Positions 8,213 through 18,315 of a DNA stretch of 60,602 nucleotides are shown here, piece by piece. Positions within the stretch are counted from its first letter, which is position 1, and every line of letters begins with the position of its first letter. The stretch spans positions 1 through 60,602 of the forward strand of contig CANREY010000001.1 in the NCBI GenBank assembly GCA_947629755.1, in the 5' to 3' direction. Position numbers and translations under genes: made by a program. The notes beneath the pieces are model-generated. The model saw only the letters and a list, made by a program, of their open reading frames with translations. It was not told the origin of the DNA and did no database searches. This DNA is from an uncultured Oscillospiraceae bacterium (GTDB taxonomy: Bacteria > Bacillota > Clostridia > Oscillospirales > Oscillospiraceae).

Positions 8213-8357
8213 AACATATGTTGTGTTTCCAACGGTGGAAGGACGGGCCAAGGGGCTCACTCACCGTTGGCGCGTTCCCGATTCCGCGGGGGGACCTCCC
8301 TCAGTCGCGAGGCGACAGCTTTCACAGACGGGAAGCAGAAAGGAAAGGGATAAAATC

Positions 8358-9968
8358 ATGAGCAAATACATCTTTGTCACCGGCGGCGTGGTCTCAGGCC
8401 TTGGCAAGGGCATCACCGCCGCGTCTCTCGGACGCCTTTTAAAGGCCCGCGGCCTCAAGGTGGCGGCCCAGAAGCTGGACCCATACATCAACGTGGACCC
8501 CGGTACCATGAGCCCCTATCAGCACGGGGAGGTCTACGTCACCGAGGACGGGGCGGAGACGGACTTGGATTTGGGCCACTACGAGCGCTTTATCGACGAG
8601 GACCTCAACAAATTCTCCAACCTCACCACCGGCAAGGTCTACGCCAACGTCATTGGCAAGGAGCGCCGTGGGGAGTACCTTGGCAGTACGGTGCAGGTCA
8701 TACCCCACGTGACGGACGAGATAAAGGAATTTATATACTCCGTGGGCAAGAAGACAAATGCCGACGTGGTCATAACCGAGATCGGCGGCACCGCCGGCGA
8801 CATCGAGTCCCAGCCCTTCCTTGAGGCCATACGTCAGGTGGGACTTGAGGTCGGCTTTGAAAACCGCCTTTATATACACGTGACGCTTGTCCCTTATCTC
8901 AAGGCCAGCGGGGAGCACAAGTCAAAGCCCACCCAGCACTCCGTAAAGGAGCTTCAGGGCATGGGTATAAACCCGGACATCATCGTGCTCCGGTGCGACG
9001 AGCACATCGAGGACGAGAGCATCTTCAACAAGATCGCCCATTTTTGCAACGTAAAGCCCGACTGCGTCATCGAAAACGAGACGCTCCCCATACTGTATGA
9101 GGCGCCCCTCATGCTGGAAAAGGAGCACTTCTCCGACATGGTATGCCGTGAGCTCCACATCGACGCCCCCGCGCCGGATCTCACCGAGTGGCGCAACATG
9201 GTGGAGAGCATCAAAAATCTAAATAGGTCCGTCACCATCGGTCTTGTGGGCAAATACGTCCAGCTCCACGACGCGTACCTCTCCGTGTCCGAGGCCCTGC
9301 GCCACGCGGGCTTCGCCCTTGGTGCCAAGGTGGACATAGAGTGGATAGACTCCGAGACCATAACGGAGGAAAATTATAAGGACGTACTGGGCCGCCTTGA
9401 CGGCATAATCGTCCCCGGCGGCTTCGGCAAGCGGGGGATAGAGGGCATGGTTCTTGCCGCCCGCTACGCCAGAGAGACTAAAACGCCGTATTTCGGCATA
9501 TGCCTGGGAATGCAGATAATGTGCGTGGAGTTTGCCAGAGACGTCCTTGGCTGGTCCGACGCCAACTCCCGTGAGTTTGACGAGCGCAGCACCCACAAGG
9601 TCATCGACTTCATGCCCGGACAAAATGACGACATAGACAAGGGCGGAACACTCAGGCTCGGCGCCTGGCCCTGCCACATAAGGACCAACACCACCATGGA
9701 GCGGTGCTACAAGACCCAGCGGATAATGGAGCGCCACCGCCACCGCTACGAGTTCAACAACGAGTACTACATGGACTATGAGTCCGCCGGTATGGCCTTC
9801 TCCGGCATGAGCCCAGACGGCAGGCTCGTTGAGACCGTGGAGCTTCCGGGCCACAAATTCTATGTGGGCGTGCAGTACCACCCGGAGTTCAAGAGCCGTC
9901 CCAATAAGGCCCACCCACTGTTTTTGGGCTTTATTGGCGCGGCGCTGGAGCTTGAGAAAAAGGCATAG
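8358..9968 (+). CDS. pyrG: CTP synthase
   Basis: [19 protein letters not shown]-terminus and GATase motif GICLGMQ. Start re-picked at 8358 (the track ORF begins 45 codons upstream, in frame). Confidence 0.96.
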   Translation: MSKYIFVTGGVVSGLGKGITAASLGRLLKARGLKVAAQKLDPYINVDPGTMSPYQHGEVYVTEDGAETDLDLGHYERFIDEDLNKFSNLTTGKVYANVIGKERRGEYLGSTVQVIPHVTDEIKEFIYSVGKKTNADVVITEIGGTAGDIESQPFLEAIRQVGLEVGFENRLYIHVTLVPYLKASGEHKSKPTQHSVKELQGMGINPDIIVLRCDEHIEDESIFNKIAHFCNVKPDCVIENETLPILYEAPLMLEKEHFSDMVCRELHIDAPAPDLTEWRNMVESIKNLNRSVTIGLVGKYVQLHDAYLSVSEALRHAGFALGAKVDIEWIDSETITEENYKDVLGRLDGIIVPGGFGKRGIEGMVLAARYARETKTPYFGICLGMQIMCVEFARDVLGWSDANSREFDERSTHKVIDFMPGQNDDIDKGGTLRLGAWPCHIRTNTTMERCYKTQRIMERHRHRYEFNNEYYMDYESAGMAFSGMSPDGRLVETVELPGHKFYVGVQYHPEFKSRPNKAHPLFLGFIGAALELEKKA

Positions 9969-10035
9969 TCTTTTACGGCGCGCGTCGCCGAAAAATGTTT
10001 TTGATAAGTTTTCGCGGGAAAGGAATTGGATTTCT

Positions 10036-11856
10036 ATGTGCGGTATAGTCGGCTTTTCCGGTACAAGAGAGGCCGCCGCGGTGCTCATTGACGGACTGCG
10101 GAGGCTTGAATACAGGGGCTACGATTCCGCCGGCATTGCCGTGACGGACGGCGGAAAAATAAACGTGGCCAAGGTCAAGGGCTATGTGAAAAACTTAGCC
10201 GAGCTCACCCACGACGGGGCGGACGTCGCCGGCTTTGCCGGAGTGGGCCACACCCGCTGGGCCACCCACGGCGCGCCCAACGACGTAAACGCCCACCCCC
10301 ACCTGTCCTCCGACGGCCAGTTTGCCGTGGTCCACAACGGCATAATCGAAAATTACGCCGCTCTGCGCCAGGAGCTCACCAAAAAGGGCTACAAATTTGC
10401 CTCGGACACGGACACCGAGGTGGTGGCGCACCTTCTTGAGATGTACTACGACGGCGACGCAAAGAAGGCCGTGATGAAGACGGCCTCGCGCCTTGAGGGC
10501 TCCTATTCCCTGGGCGTCATCTGCCGTGACGGGCGGCTTTTCGCCATGCGGGAGCAGAGCCCGCTCATTCTGGGCCTTGGGGTGGGGGAGAACTACTTCG
10601 CCTCCGACGTGGCGGCCCTTGTGCCCCACACCAAGAACGTCATTTACCTTGACGACGGGGAATTTGCCGAGCTCACGCCGGAGACCATGACCGTCTACGA
10701 CGTCCGGGGCCGGGCCGTCGACAAGCCCGTCTCCCGCGTCACATGGGACGTGGAGGCCGCCGAGAAGGGCGGCTACGAGCACTTCATGCTCAAAGAGATA
10801 ATGGAACAGCCCGCCTGCTTCAGGGCCACAGTTGAGCCCAGAATAAAGGACGGCAGGATATGGTTTGAAAACTTCGAGCTCTCAGACGAGGAGCTCCACG
10901 GCATAAACCGCATCATAATCACCGCCTGCGGCTCCGCGGGGTACGCGGGCCAGGTGGGAAGATACGTCATTGAGGAGCTCTGCCGCATACCCGTGGCCGT
11001 GGAGCTTGCCAGCGAGCTTCGCTACCGGGGGCCCATAATCGATAAGCACACTCTGCTCATCGTCATTTCCCAGTCCGGCGAGACGGCTGACACCATCGCC
11101 GCCATGCGGGAGTGTAAGCAGAGAGGGGCCAGGACGCTCGCCATAGTCAACGTGGTTGGGAGCACCATCGCCAAGCTTGCCGACCACGTCATATACACAT
11201 GGGCCGGGCCTGAGATAGCCGTGGCAACTACGAAAGGCTACACCACCCAAGTGGCCGTCCTCGACATGCTGGCCATCTACCTTGCCGACAGGCTGGGGCT
11301 CATGGAGCGCCAGCGCTACGATGAGCTCATAGTGGCCCTTCACGACATGCCCGGCAAGATGCAAAGGGCCATCGACCTAAATCGCAATATAAAGAAGCTC
11401 GCCAAAAAGCTTTGCGGGCACAACGACATCTACTTCATCGGACGGAACCTTGATTACGCCGTCTGCATGGAGGGGGCCCTGAAGCTCAAGGAGATAAGCT
11501 ACATCTTCGCCGAGGCCTACGCCGCCGGGGAGCTCAAGCACGGCACCATCGCCCTTGTGGAGCAGGGGAGCTTAGTCGTGACGCTGGCCTGCTACGAGCC
11601 GCTTTTTGAAAAGACCATGTCCAACATCGAGGAGGTCAAGGCCCGCGGGGCGCAGGTGCTGGCGGTGTCCTTAGAGGACAACAGGCAGATACTCAAAAAG
11701 GCCGACGACTTTATCCTCGTCCCCCGCACTGACCCCATACTGAACCCCGTGTGCGAGGTGGTCCCCTTACAGCTCTTTGCCTACTATGTGGCCAGAGAGC
11801 GGGGGTGCGACATAGACAAGCCGAAAAACCTCGCGAAATCCGTGACTGTCGAGTAA
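10036..11856 (+). CDS. glmS: Glutamine--fructose-6-phosphate aminotransferase (isomerising)
   Basis: MCGIVGF N-terminal nucleophile, two SIS domains and a C-terminal ...NLAKSVTVE. Start re-picked at 10036. Confidence 0.96.
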   Translation: MCGIVGFSGTREAAAVLIDGLRRLEYRGYDSAGIAVTDGGKINVAKVKGYVKNLAELTHDGADVAGFAGVGHTRWATHGAPNDVNAHPHLSSDGQFAVVHNGIIENYAALRQELTKKGYKFASDTDTEVVAHLLEMYYDGDAKKAVMKTASRLEGSYSLGVICRDGRLFAMREQSPLILGLGVGENYFASDVAALVPHTKNVIYLDDGEFAELTPETMTVYDVRGRAVDKPVSRVTWDVEAAEKGGYEHFMLKEIMEQPACFRATVEPRIKDGRIWFENFELSDEELHGINRIIITACGSAGYAGQVGRYVIEELCRIPVAVELASELRYRGPIIDKHTLLIVISQSGETADTIAAMRECKQRGARTLAIVNVVGSTIAKLADHVIYTWAGPEIAVATTKGYTTQVAVLDMLAIYLADRLGLMERQRYDELIVALHDMPGKMQRAIDLNRNIKKLAKKLCGHNDIYFIGRNLDYAVCMEGALKLKEISYIFAEAYAAGELKHGTIALVEQGSLVVTLACYEPLFEKTMSNIEEVKARGAQVLAVSLEDNRQILKKADDFILVPRTDPILNPVCEVVPLQLFAYYVARERGCDIDKPKNLAKSVTVE

Positions 11857-11929
11857 CGCGTAAAATAAGAAGGTCACCCAGAACACCTGACTTGGCGACG
11901 CCATTCAGGGCGAAAGGAAAGATATACCA

Positions 11930-13360
11930 ATGAAAGACCGCTACGAAAATCCCCTCTGCAGCCGCTACGCCTCAGACGAGATGCAGTACATCTTCTCCCC
12001 GGACTTTAAGTTCTCCACCTGGCGAAAGCTCTGGATCGCCTTGGCCGAGAGCGAAAAGGAGCTGGGACTGCCCATAACCTCGGAGCAGATAGACGAGATG
12101 CGCTCCCACATCTACGACATCGACTATGACCTTGCCGATAAGTACGAGCACAAGCTCCGCCACGACGTTATGGCCCATGTGCACACCTTCGGGGACGCCT
12201 GCCCCAAGGCAAAGCCCATAATCCACCTTGGGGCCACCAGCTGCTATGTGGGGGACAACACGGACATCATTCAGATGCGCGAGGGGCTTTTGCTCATAAA
12301 AAAGCTCCTTGTGAACGCAATCGCGGCGCTGTCGGATTTTGCGAGGGAGCACAAGGACGTGCCCACTCTGGCCTACACCCACTTCCAGGCCGCCCAGCCC
12401 ACGACTGTGGGCAAGCGGGCCACGCTGTGGGCCCAAGACCTCTGCATGGACTTGGAGCGGCTGGACTTTGAGCTTGCGCACTTAAAGCTTCTTGGGTGCA
12501 AGGGCACAACGGGCACCGGGGCCAGCTTTTTGGAGCTTTTCCACGGTGACCATGAGAAGGTTAAGGCGCTGGAAGAAAAGATAGCGGAGAAGATGGGCTT
12601 TACGGCCTGTATGCCCGTCTCCGGCCAGACATACTCAAGAAAGGTGGACGCCTACGTCTTAAACGTCCTCTCCGGCGTGGCCGCCTCCTGCGCCAAGATG
12701 GCCACCGATATAAGGCTCCTTGCCCACATGAAGGAGTTTGACGAGCCCTTTGAGACGAACCAGATAGGCTCCTCCGCCATGGCCTACAAGCGCAACCCCA
12801 TGCGGTGCGAGCGGGCGGTCTCCCTCGCCCGGTATATCATAAACGACGCCAAAAACGCCAGCGACACCGCCGCCGCCCAGTGGCTGGAGCGGACGCTGGA
12901 CGACTCGGCCAACAGGCGAATATCCATTCCTGAGGCCTTCCTTGGCGTGGACGCCATACTGACCCTTATGATAAACGTCATAAAGAACGGGAAAATATAC
13001 CCCAAGGTCATGGAGAAGCATTTAAACGAGGAGCTCCCCTTCATGGCCAGCGAGAATATCATGATGGACGCCGTGGAGCGGGGCGGGGACAGGCAGGAGC
13101 TCCATGAGCATATCCGCCAGTACTCCCAGATAGCCGCCGCCAGAGTGAAGCTTGAGGGGAAGGACAATAACCTTCTGGAGCTTTTGCTTCAGGACGAGAA
13201 GTTCGGCCTTACCGAGGAGAGCCTCAAGGTGGTCCTTGACGTCCGCAAGTTCGTGGGGCGCTCCCCTGAGCAGACGGAGGAATTTTTGAGCGCCGTGGTG
13301 GAGCCCATACTTCAGGAAAATTCCGCTCTACTGGGACTTGACGCCCAAGTGCGGGTATAA
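11930..13360 (+). CDS. purB: Adenylosuccinate lyase
   Basis: 476 aa with the fumarate-lyase signature GSSAMAYKRNP and a PurB-type N-terminus (YENPLCSRYAS). Confidence 0.95.
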   Translation: MKDRYENPLCSRYASDEMQYIFSPDFKFSTWRKLWIALAESEKELGLPITSEQIDEMRSHIYDIDYDLADKYEHKLRHDVMAHVHTFGDACPKAKPIIHLGATSCYVGDNTDIIQMREGLLLIKKLLVNAIAALSDFAREHKDVPTLAYTHFQAAQPTTVGKRATLWAQDLCMDLERLDFELAHLKLLGCKGTTGTGASFLELFHGDHEKVKALEEKIAEKMGFTACMPVSGQTYSRKVDAYVLNVLSGVAASCAKMATDIRLLAHMKEFDEPFETNQIGSSAMAYKRNPMRCERAVSLARYIINDAKNASDTAAAQWLERTLDDSANRRISIPEAFLGVDAILTLMINVIKNGKIYPKVMEKHLNEELPFMASENIMMDAVERGGDRQELHEHIRQYSQIAAARVKLEGKDNNLLELLLQDEKFGLTEESLKVVLDVRKFVGRSPEQTEEFLSAVVEPILQENSALLGLDAQVRV

Positions 13361-13371
13361 GGAGAAGAATT

Positions 13372-14643
13372 ATGTTAACTGCTGTTGTTGGTATCAACTG
13401 GGGAGACGAGGGCAAGGGCCGCATGGTGGACCTTTTGAGCTCCCGCTACGACATAGTAATACGCTATCAGGGCGGCAACAACGCCGGCCACACGGTGATA
13501 AACGAGAAGGGCAAGTTTATCCTGAACCTCCTGCCCTCCGGCATTTTGCGGGACGAGACGGTGAACGTCATGGGCCCCGGCATGGTCATCGACTTAGAGC
13601 ACCTGACCGGCGAGATGGCGCGGCTCCGGGAGAAGGGCATCGAGATAACCCCGGAGCACCTCGTCATATCCGACCGGGCCACGGTCTGTATGCCCTACCA
13701 CAAGATGATGGACATCGTGGAGGAGGAGCGCCTTGGCGGCAAGGCCTACGGCTCCACGAGGCGCGGCATCGCCCCGGTGTACGCCGATAAGTACATGAAA
13801 AAGACCGTCCGCATGGGGGACCTCTTCCACCCGGAGACCCTGAAGGCCCACGTGAGGGACCTCTGCGAGTGGAAAAACCTCACCGTGGCCGGGGGCTACA
13901 AGCACGAGCCCATCGACGCCGAGGAGATGTACAAGTGGCTTGAGACCTACGGCTTCCCCCTCCGGGAGTACGTGAAGGACACCACCCGTTATCTCACCGA
14001 CGCCGTAAATTCCGGCAAGTCCGTGATGTTCGAGGCCCAGCTTGGGGCCCTTCGGGACATCGACTTTGGCATCTACCCCTACACCTCCAGCTCCAGCACT
14101 ATCGCCGCCTACGCCCCCATCGGCGCGGGCATACCGGCAAAGCGCTTAGATAACATCGTGGGCATCATGAAGGCGTATTCAAGCTGTGTGGGCGCGGGCC
14201 CCTTCACCTGCGAGATGTTCGGCGCGGAGGCCGAGGCATTGCGCGAGGCCGGCGGGGAGTACGGCGCGGCCACGGGCCGTCCCCGGAGGGTCGGCGGCTT
14301 CGACGTGGTGGCCTCCCGTTACGGCTGCCTCGTGCAGGGGGCCACGGAGATCGCCCTTACGAAGCTGGACGTCCTCTCCTACATGGACAAGATACCCGTT
14401 GTTACCCACTACGACGTGAACGGCAAAACAGTCGACTACTTCCCCACCGGGGACGAGCTTGAGGCCGCGAAGCCGGTAGTTGAGTACCTCCCCGGCTGGC
14501 AAAAGGACATCTCCGCCTGCCGCTCCTTCGACGAGCTGCCCAAAGAGGCGCAGGATTATGTAAACTTCATCGCCGAATCCACCAACACCCACATCAAATA
14601 CGTCTCCGTCGGCGCGGGGAGAGACGAGTATTTTGAGATGTGA
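13372..14643 (+). CDS. purA: Adenylosuccinate synthase
   Basis: 423 aa. P-loop GINWGDEGKGRMVD and the motif QGGNNAGHT. Confidence 0.95.
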   Translation: MLTAVVGINWGDEGKGRMVDLLSSRYDIVIRYQGGNNAGHTVINEKGKFILNLLPSGILRDETVNVMGPGMVIDLEHLTGEMARLREKGIEITPEHLVISDRATVCMPYHKMMDIVEEERLGGKAYGSTRRGIAPVYADKYMKKTVRMGDLFHPETLKAHVRDLCEWKNLTVAGGYKHEPIDAEEMYKWLETYGFPLREYVKDTTRYLTDAVNSGKSVMFEAQLGALRDIDFGIYPYTSSSSTIAAYAPIGAGIPAKRLDNIVGIMKAYSSCVGAGPFTCEMFGAEAEALREAGGEYGAATGRPRRVGGFDVVASRYGCLVQGATEIALTKLDVLSYMDKIPVVTHYDVNGKTVDYFPTGDELEAAKPVVEYLPGWQKDISACRSFDELPKEAQDYVNFIAESTNTHIKYVSVGAGRDEYFEM

Positions 14644-14699
14644 TCCCCGCCGGCAGTCCTCAGATACAAGAAAAATAAAACCCAAGGAGGTTATTTTAC

Positions 14700-15413
14700 A
14701 TGGAAAAGCGCGAACAGCTCTATGAGGGCAAGGCCAAGAAGGTCTTCGCCACCGACGATCCGAACCTTGTCATCGTAAGCTACAAGGACGACGCCACCGC
14801 CTTTGACGGGCTCAAGAAGGGCACCATCACCGGCAAGGGCTCCATCAACAACCGCATGACCAACTTCCTCATGAAGAAGCTTGAGGCCGCCGGCGTACCC
14901 ACACACTTAGTGGAGGAGCTATCCGACCGTGACACACTTGTCAAGAAGGTCAGCATCGTGCCCCTTGAGGTCATAATCCGCAACGTCTCCGCCGGGTCCT
15001 TCTCCAAGAAGTACGGCGTGCCTGAGGGCATAGTCTTTGACGCGCCCACCATCGAGTTTTCCTACAAAAACGACGACCTCCACGACCCACTTTTGAACGC
15101 CTACCACGCCGTGGCCCTCAAGCTGGCCACCTGGGAGGAGATAGAGCTCATAAAGAAGTACGCCTTCGCCGTCAACGACTTTTTGAAGGCCGAGATGCTC
15201 TCCTGCGGCGTGACGCTTGTGGACTTCAAGCTTGAGTTCGGCAAGACCGCCGACGGCCAGATCGTCCTTGCCGACGAGATAAGCCCCGACACCTGCCGGT
15301 TCTGGGACGTGAAGACAAACGAAAAGCTTGACAAGGACCGCTTCCGCCGTGACCTCGGCAATGTTGAGGGCGCCTACCATGAGATGATGAAAAGGCTTGG
15401 CCTTTCCGAGTAA
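14700..15413 (+). CDS. purC: Phosphoribosylaminoimidazole-succinocarboxamide (SAICAR) synthase
   Basis: 237 aa. LYEGKAKKVF N-terminus and ADEISPDTCRFWD are typical of PurC. Confidence 0.95.
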   Translation: MEKREQLYEGKAKKVFATDDPNLVIVSYKDDATAFDGLKKGTITGKGSINNRMTNFLMKKLEAAGVPTHLVEELSDRDTLVKKVSIVPLEVIIRNVSAGSFSKKYGVPEGIVFDAPTIEFSYKNDDLHDPLLNAYHAVALKLATWEEIELIKKYAFAVNDFLKAEMLSCGVTLVDFKLEFGKTADGQIVLADEISPDTCRFWDVKTNEKLDKDRFRRDLGNVEGAYHEMMKRLGLSE

Positions 15414-15481
15414 ACTTAATAAGTCTTTACTTGCCCCTCACAATCGAATATTTTGCGACGGGGCAGAATGGAGATAAAATT

Positions 15482-16906
15482 ATGGATTGTTGCGACACAC
15501 ATATCCATGAGGAGTGCGGCGTATTCGGGATATACGCCGCAAATCCTTTTCATGTGGGAAATACTGTATACTATGGCCTCTACGCCCTCCAGCACCGGGG
15601 GCAGGAGAGCTGTGGCATCACCGTCTCCAACGGCGGCCACTTCACGACCGTGAAGGACTTGGGGCTGGTGAGCGAGGTCTTCACCCCGGAGAGGCTGGCC
15701 TCGTTGGGCGAGGGGAACATGGCAGTGGGCCACGTGCGCTACGGCACCACGGGCAACTCCGGGCGCGAAAACGCCCAGCCAATCGTGGTGAGCCACTTCA
15801 CCGGCAACCTTGCCACCGTCCACAACGGCAACCTCACCAACGCCGCCGAGCTCCGGCGTGAGCTTGAGGGGCGGGGGAGCATATTCCACACCACCTCCGA
15901 CACAGAGATAATATCCTACGTCCTCACCCAAGAGCGGCTTGAGACCTACACCGCCGAGGACGCGGTCCTGCGGGCCATGCAGAGATTGAAGGGCGCCTAC
16001 TCCCTTATTTTGATGCTGGAGGACAAGCTCATCGCCGTCCGGGACAAAAACGGCTTCCGCCCACTTTGCTATGGCCGCAACGGCCACGGGGACTACGTCA
16101 TAGCCTCCGAGTCCTGCGCCCTGAGCTCCGTCTCGGCGGAGTACATTCGGGACCTGGAGCCCGGCGAGGTGGTCGTCTTCGACAAGGACGGCGTTCGCAG
16201 TATCCGGGATAACTGCGGCAAGGCCCCGGAGGCCATGTGCATCTTTGAGTATATCTACTTTGCCCGGCCCGACTCCTCCATCGACGGCTGTTCCATTCAC
16301 CACGCGAGGCTCCGGGCCGGAAAATTCTTAGCTATCGACCACCCGGCCGAGGCCGACATAGTCATCGGAGTGCCCGACTCCGGCACCGACGGGGCCCTCG
16401 GTTACTCCAAGGAGAGCGGCATACCCTACGACATCGGCCTCATCAAGAATAAGTATATAGGCCGCACCTTCATCTCTCCCGGCCAGCAGTCCCGTGAAAA
16501 CTCAGTCCGCATAAAGCTCAACGCCGTCCGCGAGACAGTGGAGGGCAAGCGTGTGGTGCTGGTGGACGACTCCATAGTGCGCAGTACCACCATCGCCCGC
16601 ACTGTGGCCATACTCCGGGAGGCCGGGGCCACTCAGGTCCACGTGCGCATAACCGCGCCACCCTTTTTAAACCCATGCTACTACGGCGTGGACATCGACT
16701 CCCGTGAAAATCTCATCGCCTGCAAGCACACGGTCCCTGAGATCTGTAAGCTCATCGGCGCGGACTCCCTTGGCTATCTCAAGGTAGAGCGACTTCCTGA
16801 GCTCACCGGCAGCCGGACCCACGGCTACTGCACCGCCTGCTTCACCGGCGAGTACAAAACCCGCCTCCCCGACGCCATAAAGCGCGACATGTTCGAGGGC
16901 TCTTGA
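15482..16906 (+). CDS. purF: Amidophosphoribosyltransferase
   Basis: Propeptide followed by the CGVFGI nucleophile. PRPP-binding motif VVLVDDSIVRSTT. C-terminal Cys ligands. Start at MDCCDTH is preceded by GGAGA. Confidence 0.92.
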   Translation: MDCCDTHIHEECGVFGIYAANPFHVGNTVYYGLYALQHRGQESCGITVSNGGHFTTVKDLGLVSEVFTPERLASLGEGNMAVGHVRYGTTGNSGRENAQPIVVSHFTGNLATVHNGNLTNAAELRRELEGRGSIFHTTSDTEIISYVLTQERLETYTAEDAVLRAMQRLKGAYSLILMLEDKLIAVRDKNGFRPLCYGRNGHGDYVIASESCALSSVSAEYIRDLEPGEVVVFDKDGVRSIRDNCGKAPEAMCIFEYIYFARPDSSIDGCSIHHARLRAGKFLAIDHPAEADIVIGVPDSGTDGALGYSKESGIPYDIGLIKNKYIGRTFISPGQQSRENSVRIKLNAVRETVEGKRVVLVDDSIVRSTTIARTVAILREAGATQVHVRITAPPFLNPCYYGVDIDSRENLIACKHTVPEICKLIGADSLGYLKVERLPELTGSRTHGYCTACFTGEYKTRLPDAIKRDMFEGS

Positions 16907-16907
16907 C

Positions 16908-17030
16908 TTACCCCCTTTTTGGAAAAGGGGGGCAGAGGGGATTAGAGCCCACGCTCTAACCTTTCGCTTGCCCTCAGCCCCTCCCTTTGGGAGGGGTGGC
17001 CGCGCGCAGCGCCGGCCGGGGTGGGCCGAA
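16908..17030. repeat. G-rich hairpin repeat family 2, locus a
   Basis: Hairpins CCCCCTTTTGGAAAAGGGGGG and CCCCTCCCTTTGGGAGGGG (16978-16996), followed by GGCCGGGGTGGGCCGAA (17014-17030). These are shared with 21122-21156 and 26464-26480. Confidence 0.65.
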
Positions 17031-17044
17031 TTGCATATTTATTA

Positions 17045-17073
17045 TTGAAAATTCCCTCCCGATATGCTAAAAT
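17045..17073 (+). promoter_or_regulatory. Extended -10 promoter of the aminotransferase-trpS operon
   Basis: TTGAAA (17045-17050), 17-nt spacer, TGC-TAAAAT (17068-17073). Confidence 0.5.
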
Positions 17074-17104
17074 ATCCACAACTGTGTGAAAACGGGGTGT
17101 TTAT

Positions 17105-18298
17105 ATGATTTCGGAAAAAATGATAAAGATGACCGAGGGCGGGAGCGCCATTCGGGCTATGTTCGAGGAAGGGGCCAGAATGGCCGAGAAGTACGGCCGC
17201 GAGAACGTCTACGACTTCTCCCTTGGCAACCCCAACATTCCCGCGCCGGAGAAGGTGAGGGAGGAGATAGTGCGTATCGCCGCGGAGACCGACCCCATGG
17301 AGCTTCACGGCTACATGTCAAATTCCGGCTACCCGGAGGTGAGGGCCAAGGTGGCCGCGTCCCTCAATAAGCGCTTCGGCACCGCTTTTTCCGAGAACAA
17401 TATAATCATGACCGTGGGGGCCGCCGGCGGGCTCAACGTGCTTTTAAAGACCCTCTTGAACCCCGGCGACGAGGTCCTTGTCTTCGCCCCCTATTTCCTT
17501 GAGTACGGCAACTACGTCTCCAACTTTGACGGCGTCCTGAAAGCCATAAAGGCCAACATCGCCGGCAGCTTCCAGCCCGACGCCAACGCCTTGAGGGAGG
17601 CCATAACAAAAAAGACAAAGGCCCTCATTCTGAATAACCCCAACAACCCAACCGGCGTTATATACACCGAGGAGACAATAAAGGCCATCGCGGCGGTGCT
17701 GGAGGAGAAGCAAAAGGAGCTCGGCACGAGCATCTACCTTATCTCCGACGAGCCCTACCGGGAGCTTGCCTACGACGGGAGGGAGGTGCCCTGGCTCACG
17801 AAATATTACCGCAACACTCTCGTGGGCTACTCCTGGTCCAAGTCCCTGTCCCTCCCCGGCGAGCGCATCGGGTATGTGGTCATACCCTCCGAGTGCGACG
17901 ACGCCCAGCTCATATTCGACGCCGCTGTCATCGCCAACCGTATTCTGGGCTTTGTCAACGCCCCCAGCTTACAGCAGAGAGTGGTGGCCGAGTGCCTTGA
18001 GGAGAGCACGGACGTGGCGGCCTACGACAAAAACCGCAGGGCCCTCTATAAGGGCCTCACGGAGGCCGGCTTTGAGTGCGTCTACCCGGACGGGGCGTTT
18101 TACATGTGGGTGAAAACTCCCGGCGACGACAAGGAGTTTTCAGATAACGCCAAGAAGTACAACATTCTTGTCGTCCCCGGCGCGTCCTTCGCCTGTCCGG
18201 GCTATGTGCGCGTGGCCTACTGCGTAAGCTACGATATGATAATAAGGTCCCTTCCCGCCTTTAAGAAATTAGCGGCGGATTATGGGCTCTCAAAATAG
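17105..18298 (+). CDS. Pyridoxal-phosphate-dependent aminotransferase (class I, aspartate aminotransferase-like)
   Basis: 397 aa. PLP-lysine motif YSWSKSLSLPGERIGY. NNPNNPTG motif. Confidence 0.85.
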   Translation: MISEKMIKMTEGGSAIRAMFEEGARMAEKYGRENVYDFSLGNPNIPAPEKVREEIVRIAAETDPMELHGYMSNSGYPEVRAKVAASLNKRFGTAFSENNIIMTVGAAGGLNVLLKTLLNPGDEVLVFAPYFLEYGNYVSNFDGVLKAIKANIAGSFQPDANALREAITKKTKALILNNPNNPTGVIYTEETIKAIAAVLEEKQKELGTSIYLISDEPYRELAYDGREVPWLTKYYRNTLVGYSWSKSLSLPGERIGYVVIPSECDDAQLIFDAAVIANRILGFVNAPSLQQRVVAECLEESTDVAAYDKNRRALYKGLTEAGFECVYPDGAFYMWVKTPGDDKEFSDNAKKYNILVVPGASFACPGYVRVAYCVSYDMIIRSLPAFKKLAADYGLSK

Positions 18299-18315
18299 AA
18301 ATTCGAGGAAAAACC

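Noticed and set aside
8223-8357. In-frame N-terminal extensions offered by the ORF track for pyrG (8223), glmS (9829), purF (15431), yqeG (28965), the M24 peptidase (29521), the ABC exporter (53811), smpB (59742) and others.
   Set aside because: In each case a canonical family N-terminus with an RBS lies downstream. The extension runs through the preceding gene, a terminator or a leader, and reads as non-protein-like sequence.
11857-11929. Purine riboswitch or PurR box ahead of the purB-purA-purC-purF block.
   Set aside because: The gap is 73 nt, too short for an aptamer plus expression platform. No conserved purine-aptamer loops are visible.
18299-18315. T-box leader upstream of trpS.
   Set aside because: Only 17 nt separate trpS from the aminotransferase gene. 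The 198-nt region upstream of the operon (16907-17104) is occupied by family-2 repeats and a promoter. It shows no specifier loop or T-box sequence (AGGGTGGNACCGCG-like).
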